From an uncultured Alphaproteobacteria bacterium (GTDB taxonomy: Bacteria; Pseudomonadota; Alphaproteobacteria; Rhizobiales; Xanthobacteraceae): a DNA stretch of 64,000 bases. The notes beneath the pieces were generated by a model that saw nothing but the letters and a program-made list of their open reading frames with translations, was not told the DNA's origin and did not search any database. Positions 50,206 through 59,235 of this stretch are shown here, piece by piece. The position numbers and the translations under genes were made by a program. Numbering within the stretch: the first letter of the stretch is position 1; every line of letters starts with the position of its first letter. The stretch spans positions 65,785 to 129,784 of the forward strand of contig CAVZQH010000004.1 in assembly GCA_963777375.1 (NCBI GenBank), in the 5' to 3' direction.

Positions 50206-51447
50206 CTAGCGTAGCGGCTCGCCTTTGCGCTCCTTAATCAGGAATAGCGTGGCGATGATGTCGACGATCCAGATCACCACGAGGAACGACAAGGCGGTGC
50301 CCAGTGAATATTGCGTTGCCAGCAGGCCTACGACCAAGGGTCCAAAGCCGCCGACGCCGCGCCCGAAATTGAAAAGCACATTCTGCGCCGTGCTGCGGCC
50401 CAAAGTCGGGTAGCTTTCAGCGATCAGAGCGCCATAGCCGCCGACCATTCCACTCAGGAATATGCCGGAGATTCCCCCTGCCAGCAGCAGGAGACCGGAC
50501 TGAGTGACATTCGGATAAACGACCGCCATGACCGCCGCTCCGATCTGGAACGCGATGAACAACGGTTTGCGGCCGATGCGATCGGCCAATTGTCCGAATA
50601 TCACCATGCCGACGGCGCCGCCCGCAATCGTCGCAGAGATCCAAAGTGCCGACTTGGTGAGTGAAAATCCCATCTGCGTCGCCAGGTAGGACGGCAACCA
50701 GATCATGATGCCGTAATAACCGAAGTTCTGAGCGGACGTCATGATGCCGATGCCGATCGTCGACAGCGTCGCTTCGCGATCGGCGAATAGAACGCCGTAA
50801 GGATTGATGCGCTGTCTTTTAGCGGCCTCGACGAACAATGCCGGTTCGCCGAGATAGTGCCGCACGGCAAAAGCAAATACAGCGGGCGCAACGCCGACCA
50901 AAAACATCCCGCGCCAACCGACATACGGAAGCAGCAGAGGGGTCGCCAGCGCCGCGCACAGCACGCCGGCTTGCCAGCCCAACGCAACGTACGATGTCGC
51001 ACGGGCCCGCTTGTAGGCAGGCCATGCCTCGGCTGCCAGGGCCATCCCCACGCCAAATTCACCGCCAAGCCCGAATCCCGCGACCGTACGATAAACGAGG
51101 ATATCCCAGTAGCCTTGAGCCAGGGCGCACAGGGCGGTAAAACCGGCAAACAACAAGATCGTCCAACTGAGCACGCGGACGCGCCCATAACGGTCGCTCA
51201 AGGCGCCGGCGACCAAGCCGCCAAAGACCGCGCCCGCCAACGTCCAGGTGAAGAGCGATCCAGCCTGCGCAGGGGTGAGATGAAGTGAGACGGACAGCGG
51301 CGCCAGGACAAAGCCCAGTATTAGCAGGTCGAACCCGTCCATCGCATAGCCGAGAGACGACGCGACCAGCGCCTTGCGGGCGTATGCGTCAACTTCGGCC
51401 GGAGCCGCACTCATCGACGCCCCCGTCGATGCAACATTGACGCTCAT
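50206..51447 (-). CDS. MFS transporter (aromatic acid/metabolite:H+ symporter-like)
   Basis: Intact 413 aa. Motif A GALSDRYGRVRV. 12 predicted hydrophobic spans by eye. Confidence 0.85.
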   Translation of the reverse strand: MSVNVASTGASMSAAPAEVDAYARKALVASSLGYAMDGFDLLILGFVLAPLSVSLHLTPAQAGSLFTWTLAGAVFGGLVAGALSDRYGRVRVLSWTILLFAGFTALCALAQGYWDILVYRTVAGFGLGGEFGVGMALAAEAWPAYKRARATSYVALGWQAGVLCAALATPLLLPYVGWRGMFLVGVAPAVFAFAVRHYLGEPALFVEAAKRQRINPYGVLFADREATLSTIGIGIMTSAQNFGYYGIMIWLPSYLATQMGFSLTKSALWISATIAGGAVGMVIFGQLADRIGRKPLFIAFQIGAAVMAVVYPNVTQSGLLLLAGGISGIFLSGMVGGYGALIAESYPTLGRSTAQNVLFNFGRGVGGFGPLVVGLLATQYSLGTALSFLVVIWIVDIIATLFLIKERKGEPLR

Positions 51448-51575
51448 TGGCTTTCCCCCTCGTTGGCAGCCGAACCAATGTCTCTTCCGCTTCCATCAAG
51501 CGTGACACTTCATTTTTATTTTGTCTATGCTGATCCGGCTATGACGATGGAAAATCACAGTAGGAATCATTCGCA

Positions 51576-52508
51576 ATGAAATCGCTTCCGCAACTTGGCG
51601 ACAAGCGTGTCATCGACATGCATGTACATATCGGACCGGAATTTCTGCGCCGGAAATACAGCGCGGCATCGCTCGCCGAAGAGGCGCGACGCGAAGGTTT
51701 CGGCGTCGTGATGAAAAATCACTTTCAGCCCACCACCGGCCAAGTCAGCCAGATCAGGCGGTCCGATGATAAGGTTCCCTTGGTCGGTTCGGTCGCGCTC
51801 AATTTCAATTGTGGCGGCGTCGACGACCACGGGGTGCGCGCCGGTCTTTCCGGATGGAAAAGCGACGTCACCGCCGCCGATCCGGATCGCGATCGCTTTG
51901 TCGTCTGGATGCCGACAATGTGCTGCGAGGCCCATTTACGCTGCTACAATCGCCGCGATATTTCCACAGCGTGGGGCGTCAAAGCGGAATATACGCGATT
52001 TTATGCCGAAGGCACCGGCTATCATCTGGATCAAAATGATTCGGCAAAAGTGGCGGCACTCGATCGCGCGCTCGATCTTATCTTCAAGTTCGACCTGATA
52101 CTCGCCACCGGCCATCTCGATCGCGAGGAGACTCTCTTTGTTGTCGAGCGTGCCCATGCGAAGGGCATCCGCCGCATCATCATGACCCACCCGCTGTTTC
52201 AGTCGACTGAGCTTCCGCCCGAAGTCATGGCCCGAATGTGGACCGAGTACGGCGCCTACAGCGAACTTTGCTTCTCCAACCTGGCGATGGATCATCTTAC
52301 CTACGAGCAATACCTCGCCGTGATCGAAGCGGTTGGGCCGCAGGGCGTTCTGTTGTCGAGCGACGTCGGACAAATATTCTCGCCCACTGTGGGGCAGTCG
52401 TTGCGCGAGTTTTTCGATGAATTGCAAAAGCGCGGCGTGAAAGAGGACGGTATCATCCAGATGTCGATCCTCAATCCGAACCGATTGCTGTTTGAAGCAA
52501 TGGGCTGA
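51576..52508 (+). CDS. DUF6282-like metal-dependent hydrolase-fold (TIM barrel) protein
   Basis: Intact 310 aa. VIDMHVHIGPE...VVMKNHFQPT...VVWMPT...IMTHPLF resembles the amidohydrolase-related DUF6282 pattern as I recall it. Confidence 0.5.
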   Translation: MKSLPQLGDKRVIDMHVHIGPEFLRRKYSAASLAEEARREGFGVVMKNHFQPTTGQVSQIRRSDDKVPLVGSVALNFNCGGVDDHGVRAGLSGWKSDVTAADPDRDRFVVWMPTMCCEAHLRCYNRRDISTAWGVKAEYTRFYAEGTGYHLDQNDSAKVAALDRALDLIFKFDLILATGHLDREETLFVVERAHAKGIRRIIMTHPLFQSTELPPEVMARMWTEYGAYSELCFSNLAMDHLTYEQYLAVIEAVGPQGVLLSSDVGQIFSPTVGQSLREFFDELQKRGVKEDGIIQMSILNPNRLLFEAMG

Positions 52509-52560
52509 ATCGCTGCAGGGGTTTCGGTGTCGGCCTGGCGGCTGGCATCGACGTCTCCGA

Positions 52561-54714
52561 TCAAACGGCGACGATGCGGCAGCGCATGCCGCGTAAATCG
52601 ACGGAGCCCGAAATCGGATCCCAAGGACCGTCATAAGTCATCGCGGCGTTGATGTTGACGTCGAAGGCGCCGCTGCCGGGCGTCATGCTGCCGGGGCGCC
52701 ACCATCCCATGCCGGTCGAGACGACGCCTTCGGGCGTGTGTTCGGTGATTTTGATTTTTGCCTGGCATGAGCCGCGGGCGCCGGGCGTCTCGATGCGGAC
52801 CCATTGGTTCTCGCTGACCGACATCGCCCGCGCAGTTTCTGGATAAATCAGCAGCCGCGGATCGGGCGAAATTTTCTTGGCCCACGGTTGATCGCGAAAG
52901 CGCGAATGATGGTAAGTCTTCTCGCGATCACCGGTGAGCAGCGTCAGCGGGAATTGCGATTTCACCTCGGGGTCGGCGCCGTGGCGCGCCGGAGCGACAA
53001 AATTCGGCAGCGGATCGACGCCGATGCCGGCGATCGCCTCCGAATAAAGCTCGACCTTGCCGGTGGGCGATGGAAATTTCTCAAAATTCTCCAAGGAATA
53101 TGGAAACACGGCGTAGCCGTCACGGCGCAGCATTTCCAGCGTCACGCCGCTGTCGCCGAGCAAGAAGGCGATAAAGTCGTCTTGGCTCTGCCATGGCAGC
53201 AAGTCTTTGCCGGCGGCGCCACGCGCCTGCATTTTCCCGAGCAGACCGCGCGCAATCTGGAAATCGTTGCGCGCCTCGCCGCGCGGCGGCACAGTCATCT
53301 GCGTCATGGTGATGAGCGGACCGTTCGGCTGAAGACGAATCTCGTCCTCTTCGAGCGCGGTGGTTTTCGGCACCACAATGTCGGCCAGTTCCGCGGTCGG
53401 CGTCATCGTGTCGCTCGCCACCATCAGGAAATCGAGCGAGCGCAGCGCATCGACGGTTTTCGGCGTGTTGGGATAGGTTACGACGATATTGGCGCCGCTT
53501 ACATACATGGCGCGGACCGGGTAGGGCTTGCCGGTCAGGATCGCGTCGATCGCCGTCGGGTTGTGGCAGGCGGTCTGCCAGCCGCGCGGACCGGCCCAGA
53601 GCGGATATTTGTCGGCTCCGAGCGTCTTCTCCTCGATCTCGTGGGGCAGCCGGAAGTCTGGATGGTGAACGACCTGAAGATTGTCGAGAAAGCCTTTCGG
53701 CTTCTTGACGCGGCGATTGCCGCCAAGCCGATCGACGTTGCCGCTGATGCCGGCCAGGCAATGGAACGCGCGGAACGTCTGCACGCCGGCGCTGAACGCG
53801 TCGATACCGTGGCCGGAGACGAACGTCGACGGCCCTTGGGCGTAGATGCGGGTCGCCGCGACGATGTCCTTGGCCGATACGCCGGTCAGCGCCGCCGCCC
53901 GGTCCGGCGGGAATTCGCGGGCCCGCGCGGCGAGCTTGTCGAAACCGTGGGTCGCGCGTTCGACGAATTCCCTGTCGAATAGTCCTTCTTCGATCATCAC
54001 CTGCATCATGGCGAGGCCGATCGCAGCGTCCGTGCCGGGCTCGGGCCGCAGCCACAGGTCGGCGATGCCGACGGTGGGAATCCGCTTTGGATCGATGACG
54101 ACGATCTGGCCGCCACGCTTCTTCAACTTTTTGAGCGAGATCCATTCAATCGGATCGGCTTCATAAGAGTTGCGGCCGACCACCAGCGCGCAACGCGCGT
54201 TGTCGATGTCCTCGCCGCGGGTGATGTCGAGCCCGGTGGAGCGAAGGCTCACCGCCCGGCATCCGCCGCAGAGATCCTGATTGATCATCCAGTTCGGTGA
54301 GCCCAGCGAGCGAAGCAGCATCACGACCGCGATGCCGCGGCCGAAATAGACATTGTTGCAAGCACCGACCAGCGCGAGCGGGCCATATTTTTCGCGGACT
54401 GCGGCGTAGCGATCGGCGGCATGATCCAACGCCTCGTCCCAGGAAATGCGCTGCCATTTGCCTTCGCCGCGCTCGCCGGCCCGGCGTAGCGGATGAAGCA
54501 AGCGCTGCGCGGAATAAGTAAGCCCGGTCGGACCCTTCAGCCCCTTGATGCAGAACGCGCCCTTGGACACTGGATGGGCTGGGTTCGGTTTGATGTCTTC
54601 GATGACGCCGTCGCGCACATAGACGAGCGAACCGCAATGCACCGAGCACTCGCTGCACGTCGAGGGGATGACTTTCACGTTGCCGGGCAATGACGTTGCG
54701 CTGGCATTAGGCAT
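52561..54714 (-). CDS. Molybdopterin (bis-MGD) oxidoreductase, DMSO-reductase superfamily, cytoplasmic, single subunit
   Basis: Intact 717 aa. N-terminal 4Fe-4S motif CSECSVHCGSLVYVRDG...C. No Tat signal. No in-frame TGA. C-terminal beta-barrel (molydop_binding-like) region. Confidence 0.85.
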   Translation of the reverse strand: MPNASATSLPGNVKVIPSTCSECSVHCGSLVYVRDGVIEDIKPNPAHPVSKGAFCIKGLKGPTGLTYSAQRLLHPLRRAGERGEGKWQRISWDEALDHAADRYAAVREKYGPLALVGACNNVYFGRGIAVVMLLRSLGSPNWMINQDLCGGCRAVSLRSTGLDITRGEDIDNARCALVVGRNSYEADPIEWISLKKLKKRGGQIVVIDPKRIPTVGIADLWLRPEPGTDAAIGLAMMQVMIEEGLFDREFVERATHGFDKLAARAREFPPDRAAALTGVSAKDIVAATRIYAQGPSTFVSGHGIDAFSAGVQTFRAFHCLAGISGNVDRLGGNRRVKKPKGFLDNLQVVHHPDFRLPHEIEEKTLGADKYPLWAGPRGWQTACHNPTAIDAILTGKPYPVRAMYVSGANIVVTYPNTPKTVDALRSLDFLMVASDTMTPTAELADIVVPKTTALEEDEIRLQPNGPLITMTQMTVPPRGEARNDFQIARGLLGKMQARGAAGKDLLPWQSQDDFIAFLLGDSGVTLEMLRRDGYAVFPYSLENFEKFPSPTGKVELYSEAIAGIGVDPLPNFVAPARHGADPEVKSQFPLTLLTGDREKTYHHSRFRDQPWAKKISPDPRLLIYPETARAMSVSENQWVRIETPGARGSCQAKIKITEHTPEGVVSTGMGWWRPGSMTPGSGAFDVNINAAMTYDGPWDPISGSVDLRGMRCRIVAV

Positions 54715-54811
54715 CGGATGTCACCGAGCTGATATGGCGACCCACGTTCCATCGCGCGTGCTTACCGAGCGTATTATGAAATCAGCGGCGTCGCAACGCG
54801 GCGCGGCGCAC

Positions 54812-55567
54812 TCACACGTCGGCAACCTGCTCGAGCCGCACGCCTCGGCAATCCATTTCGTATTCCAAGCCGACGACCGGCGGCCGGCAATAATGCCACG
54901 TCAAGCCGGCGTGGGCCGCGCCGCGCGTGACGATCTCGTCGGCGAGGAACGGGTGAAGGTCGTGTATCGTATAGACCTGCGTTGCGGTGGTATCGCGCCA
55001 CGTGAAGCCGAGCGCGGCCATGCGGTCTTCCAGCCGGTCGAGCACGAAGCGCGCCTTCTCACGCAAGCCCGCCGGGCTGGTGTCGCCGAGCCGAACGATG
55101 CGCTCGCGATAGCTGGCGTGGCCCTCCGCAGCCTCGCCGCTGCCGGACACGACGAAACTCGGCGCCGCATCTGACGCGACCTCGGTGTAGGTGAACGCAT
55201 GAAATGACGGCTCTGCCGGCGCATCGGCCGCGGGGCAGACATTGCTGCGCGCCACCGGATTGGTCGTGCCGTCGAAGATCGACCAGCGCTTGAGGGTTTC
55301 GACGTAGATTTCATTGAAAGCGCGAAAACCATCTTCGGTGAACGGCGCCGGCGAGCGAAGCTCGCATTGGCAAAACGCCGTAAGCGGCCGGCCGGCGGCC
55401 GGCAACATCTGCTCGATCCGCGCGAACCCCGCCATGAGTGGGAGTGGTCGTGAAAAGCGGACGCGGCGGATGCGGAAGCCCGGCATCGCGGCGACGCCGC
55501 CCGAATACTGAAATACCCCCTTGATGAAGCGGTATCCGCCCGGCCGAAAGTCCTGCACATCCGCCAT
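54812..55567 (-). CDS. Conserved hypothetical protein, possibly CnbZ-like 2-aminomuconate-type deaminase
   Basis: Intact 251 aa. MADVQDFRPGGYRFIKGVFQYSGGVAA...CQCELRSPAPF. I recall this N-terminal pattern being annotated as CnbZ family but cannot verify it. Confidence 0.35.
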   Translation of the reverse strand: MADVQDFRPGGYRFIKGVFQYSGGVAAMPGFRIRRVRFSRPLPLMAGFARIEQMLPAAGRPLTAFCQCELRSPAPFTEDGFRAFNEIYVETLKRWSIFDGTTNPVARSNVCPAADAPAEPSFHAFTYTEVASDAAPSFVVSGSGEAAEGHASYRERIVRLGDTSPAGLREKARFVLDRLEDRMAALGFTWRDTTATQVYTIHDLHPFLADEIVTRGAAHAGLTWHYCRPPVVGLEYEMDCRGVRLEQVADV

Positions 55568-55727
55568 CGCTTGCGCTTCCTTGATACGCTGCCATCGAAC
55601 CCGGTTTTACGCCGGCTTCTGAGCTATATCGTTGCGCGGGAGGTTGCAAACGAGCAATCCGCAAATTTACATTGGTCTACCGGTGAAAAGTCACCCGGCG
55701 TCAGCCACCAACTGGAAGGCTTCGAAG

Positions 55728-56126
55728 ATGAAAAAAGAGATCATTTCGGTCCCGATGAAAGACCGGCTCGACCCGTCGGGAAAAAAGCTCGTGCCGTTGT
55801 CTCGCGTGGTACGTGCCGGCGATTTCATCTTCGTCGCCGGTCTGCCGCCGCACGATCCGGCGACCGGCGAGATCGTTCAAGGCGATATCCGCGTTCAATC
55901 GCGGCGCGTTCTGGAAAACATGAAGTTATGCCTGGAGGCCGCGGGGTCCTCGATGGACAAAGTGGTCAAGACGACGGTGTTCTGCACCAACGTGGCATGG
56001 TTTGACACGTTCAACGCAATCTACCGGGAGTATTTCGCGAACGACCCGCCGGCGCGGTCTTTTGTCACTGTCGGATCGTGGCCGCATCCGTTCGACATCG
56101 AGGTGGAATGCATTGCGATCGCGTAG
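55728..56126 (+). CDS. RidA/YjgF family reactive-intermediate (enamine/imine) deaminase
   Basis: ATG 55728 verified. RAGDFIFVAGLPPHDPATGEIV...VKTTVFCTNVAWFDTFNAIYREYF...PARSFVTV...IEVECIA. Confidence 0.85.
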   Translation: MKKEIISVPMKDRLDPSGKKLVPLSRVVRAGDFIFVAGLPPHDPATGEIVQGDIRVQSRRVLENMKLCLEAAGSSMDKVVKTTVFCTNVAWFDTFNAIYREYFANDPPARSFVTVGSWPHPFDIEVECIAIA

Positions 56127-56249
56127 GCCGCCGCCGCGCGCTCGACCGGCGCGAGCCGCCGACGATCGCATCGGCGCAAATGGCGCGAGCGCGCGGCCAG
56201 GCCATGCCGTATCCTGTCGGGGGCCATATGCAAAAGGGAGACGATCGAG

Positions 56250-56717
56250 ATGCCGGAAGCCAATCTGGTCGGGGGATCGGCCACCGACAGAGAGCGCATC
56301 CTTGCGCTTCATGAGGACTACCTCGACGCGAACGCACGGTTCGATCGTGAGAAGCTTGCGCCGATCTGGAGCGACGCGCCCGAGGCGCTGTTCTTCAATC
56401 TCAACGGGCACACCTACAAAGGACGCGACCACTGGCTCCGCCTGTGGAAGTTCTACGGGCAGAATGTAAAGTCGAGCTATTGGACGCCCTATGATATCGG
56501 CGGCGTGGTGACCGACGACATGGCGGTGGTGTGGTGCCATCGCAAGACCATGCGCAACTGGGCCGGCAAGGAACCGCCGCCGCGAGACATCCACTATGAC
56601 GGCAGCGAGTTCATCACCCGGTCGACCATGGTTTTCCGCAAGGAGAACGGCGCGTGGCGCGTGGTCCATTCACATTTCTCCGAGGCCAGCACAGGCGCTC
56701 GTCCCGGCGGCGTCTGA
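56250..56717 (+). CDS. SnoaL-like/NTF2-fold protein
   Basis: Intact 155 aa. ILALHEDYLDANARFDREKLAPIW...WRVVHSHFS is typical of ketosteroid-isomerase-like folds. Confidence 0.65.
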   Translation: MPEANLVGGSATDRERILALHEDYLDANARFDREKLAPIWSDAPEALFFNLNGHTYKGRDHWLRLWKFYGQNVKSSYWTPYDIGGVVTDDMAVVWCHRKTMRNWAGKEPPPRDIHYDGSEFITRSTMVFRKENGAWRVVHSHFSEASTGARPGGV

Positions 56718-56722
56718 CCGGC

Positions 56723-57769
56723 ATGTTTGAGCTTCCCAACTTCGGCATCCGCCTCCACGGCGGGATCGATCCGCGCCGCTGTGTCGAGCTTGCCAAGGTG
56801 GCTGATGCTGCCGGCTTCACGTCGATTTGGTTTGCTGAAAATCCGTTCAATCGCGGTGCGCTGCCGGCCGCCTCGGCATGCGCGGCAGCGACGCAGCATC
56901 TACGCATCGGCATCGGCGTGTTCAATCCCTACAATCGGCACCCGACGCTGATCGCGATGGAGATCGGGGCGCTGGACGATCTATCCGAAGGGCGCGCCGG
57001 CCTCGGTATCGGATCCGGCATCGGCGCGGCGGTCGAACGGATGGGGCTCAGCTATCAGCGTCCGCTCGCCGCCGTGCGCGACACGATCTTCATCGTGCGC
57101 GCGTTGCTGAAAGGCAGCGAGGTCGACTATGAGGGCCGGGTTTTTTCCGCCCGCAAGGTCAAGCTCGATTACAAGCCGCGGCGTCCCGATCTTCCCCTGT
57201 TCATGGCGGCGCGCGGCGACCAGGCCCTCCAGCTCTGCGGCGCGCTCGCCGACGGCCTGATGATCTCGAACAGTTGCCCGCCGGCCTTCACTGCCCATGC
57301 CGTGGCGACCGTGCGCGAAGCCGCGCGCGGGGCCGGTCGCAGCGGTCCGTTCGAGGTTTTGCAATATGTTCCGTGCGTTGCGCGCCTCGATCGTGAGGAA
57401 GCCCGTGATATGATGAAAAAGACCATTGGCGAGATGCTGCCTGGCTTCTGGTCGTTGGGCGACCGGTTTCCGGCAGCCCGCGCTGCCTTGTTGCGTGACA
57501 GCCGGATCGCCGAACCTGACTTCGTCGCGGCGATTGCACGGCTCAACGCCGGCGCGCCGGCGCGTGACGTGCTCGATGATCGTTTCCTTGACGCCTTCGG
57601 ACTTGCCGGCACCGCCGCGGACTGTCTCGTCCAGGCCTCGACCTATGCCAAAGCCGGCGTGACCGAGCTTGTGCTCACGTTCGTCGGCCCGCGTCCGGAG
57701 GACGGTATGGAATATCTTGGGCGCGCCATGCGCGACAGAGCCAGCGGCGACGGGCTCACTCGGCCTTAA
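56723..57769 (+). CDS. LLM-class (luciferase-like) flavin-dependent oxidoreductase
   Basis: ATG 56723 lies 6 nt after the SnoaL stop. FGIRLHGG...AGFTSIWFAENPFNR...GIGSG. Confidence 0.8.
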   Translation: MFELPNFGIRLHGGIDPRRCVELAKVADAAGFTSIWFAENPFNRGALPAASACAAATQHLRIGIGVFNPYNRHPTLIAMEIGALDDLSEGRAGLGIGSGIGAAVERMGLSYQRPLAAVRDTIFIVRALLKGSEVDYEGRVFSARKVKLDYKPRRPDLPLFMAARGDQALQLCGALADGLMISNSCPPAFTAHAVATVREAARGAGRSGPFEVLQYVPCVARLDREEARDMMKKTIGEMLPGFWSLGDRFPAARAALLRDSRIAEPDFVAAIARLNAGAPARDVLDDRFLDAFGLAGTAADCLVQASTYAKAGVTELVLTFVGPRPEDGMEYLGRAMRDRASGDGLTRP

Positions 57770-58748
57770 TGTTGGCTGCCCTGATGATGGGCCACCATTT
57801 CTCGATTTCGGCCTTCTGCAATATGCCGAGCGCTTGCGGCGTCTGCTGCTCGCGCGGCGGAATCTCTTGTCCGAGATCGGTCAGGCGTTTCCTCACGGTC
57901 GCATCGGCGAGGCCCTCTACGACCGCGGCGTTCAGTTTTCCGATGATATCGCGCGGCGTTCCCTTGGGCGCCCAAAATGCATTCCAGAGCGAAACGTGGA
58001 GGCCCGGCACTCCCGCCTCGTCGACTGTCGGGATATCAGGGGCGGCCGCCATCCGCTTTTGCGCCATGACCGCATAGGCCTTGACGCTCCCGGCAAGCGC
58101 CTGCGGCACGGCGCTGGCGGCGAGGTCGAAGATCATGTCGATCTGCCCGGCGAGCAAGTCCTGCATCGCGTTGGCGCCGCCGCGATAGGGCACGAATTGA
58201 AATTGCGTATTCGTCTCTCTTTGAAAAAACACCGCGGCAATATGATTAGCGCTGCCGGCGCCGGCCCCGCCGGCTGTGGCCTTGTTCGGGTTCGCCTTCA
58301 GCCAGGCGATGAACTCCTTCAGATCGTTTGCCGGCATCGATTTCCTGGCGACGAGCAGCAGCGGCTGCGTTGTGACCAGCGCGATCGGTTCGAAATCGTT
58401 GAGGACGTCGTAGCTGAGCGTGTACACCGCTCCGTTCACGACATGCGACGCCCAGTTGCCGAAGATGATGGTGTAGCCGTCGGGCGTTGCGCGAGCGACG
58501 TGGCCGGTGCCGATGCTGGCGGATGCGCCGGGGAGGTTGTCGATGATCACCGGCTGGTGCAGCGAAACCCTCATGGCCTCGGCCATGATCCGTGCGACTG
58601 CGTCGGTTGGGCCGCCGGGAGAATAGGCGACAACCATGGTGATCGGGCGCGACGGATAGACCTGACCGTCTTGAGCAGCGTCTTGGGCCAATGCACCCGC
58701 ACCGCCCAATCCACTCATGACTGCGAGCCAAAGCAACAACTGTCTCAT
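57756..58748 (-). CDS. TctC/Bug family substrate-binding protein
   Basis: ATG 58748 verified (MRQLLLWLAVMSGLGGAGALA signal peptide). YPSRPITMVVAYSPGGPTDAVARIM...IDNLPGASA. Confidence 0.9.
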   Translation of the reverse strand: MRQLLLWLAVMSGLGGAGALAQDAAQDGQVYPSRPITMVVAYSPGGPTDAVARIMAEAMRVSLHQPVIIDNLPGASASIGTGHVARATPDGYTIIFGNWASHVVNGAVYTLSYDVLNDFEPIALVTTQPLLLVARKSMPANDLKEFIAWLKANPNKATAGGAGAGSANHIAAVFFQRETNTQFQFVPYRGGANAMQDLLAGQIDMIFDLAASAVPQALAGSVKAYAVMAQKRMAAAPDIPTVDEAGVPGLHVSLWNAFWAPKGTPRDIIGKLNAAVVEGLADATVRKRLTDLGQEIPPREQQTPQALGILQKAEIEKWWPIIRAANIKAE

Positions 58749-59235
58749 GTTCCGCTTCCAAAAAAGCCGACCGGCACGATAGCATATCGGCATGAAGCAA
58801 AAGAATCCCATGCGATTGCTGCATTGGTTGTCGCAGGTCGGTCGTCGCGCTTTCGGTGTTTCGCATGCCCGCTTCATCGCCCGCCTTCAATTACGCAGTC
58901 AGTCGCGAAGACGGCACACTCCAGCCGGGACATTTTCTATTTTGGTCCGCACTTGCCCCCAGCGGCAATATTGCCTGCGTTCCCCGTCAAGGCGGCGGGG
59001 TGGAAATAGTCTGACGCGCGGCGATGGCTGCATTCGCCACAGGCCTGACGGATCGCTGCAGCCTGCCACCGCACCCCGGAGGGCTCTTGAAGCTGAACTC
59101 ACAATTGGCTTTCATCTGGCGAGGAAGATCAATATGGTGGTCAGCAATCGCCGTCCGGGAAAATCGGACCAAGCGGGCATCAGCCGATAATGTATCGGGC
59201 GATAGGCACGGTCTGAAATCGTGCCATGAGGACTA

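Noticed and set aside
54715-54811. Moco riboswitch ahead of the molybdoenzyme gene
   Set aside because: Only 97 nt are available, and I could not find the conserved Moco-motif elements.
57669-59009. 446-aa plus-strand ORF
   Set aside because: Antisense to the TctC gene 57756..58748. No recognisable domain.
58749-59235. Cobalamin riboswitch upstream of the B12-dependent radical SAM gene
   Set aside because: I looked for the B12 box (..AGYCMGGAGACCKGCC..) and the GCCACTG core and found only loose resemblances (GCCACAGG, GCCTGCC). This needs an Infernal scan and is not claimed.
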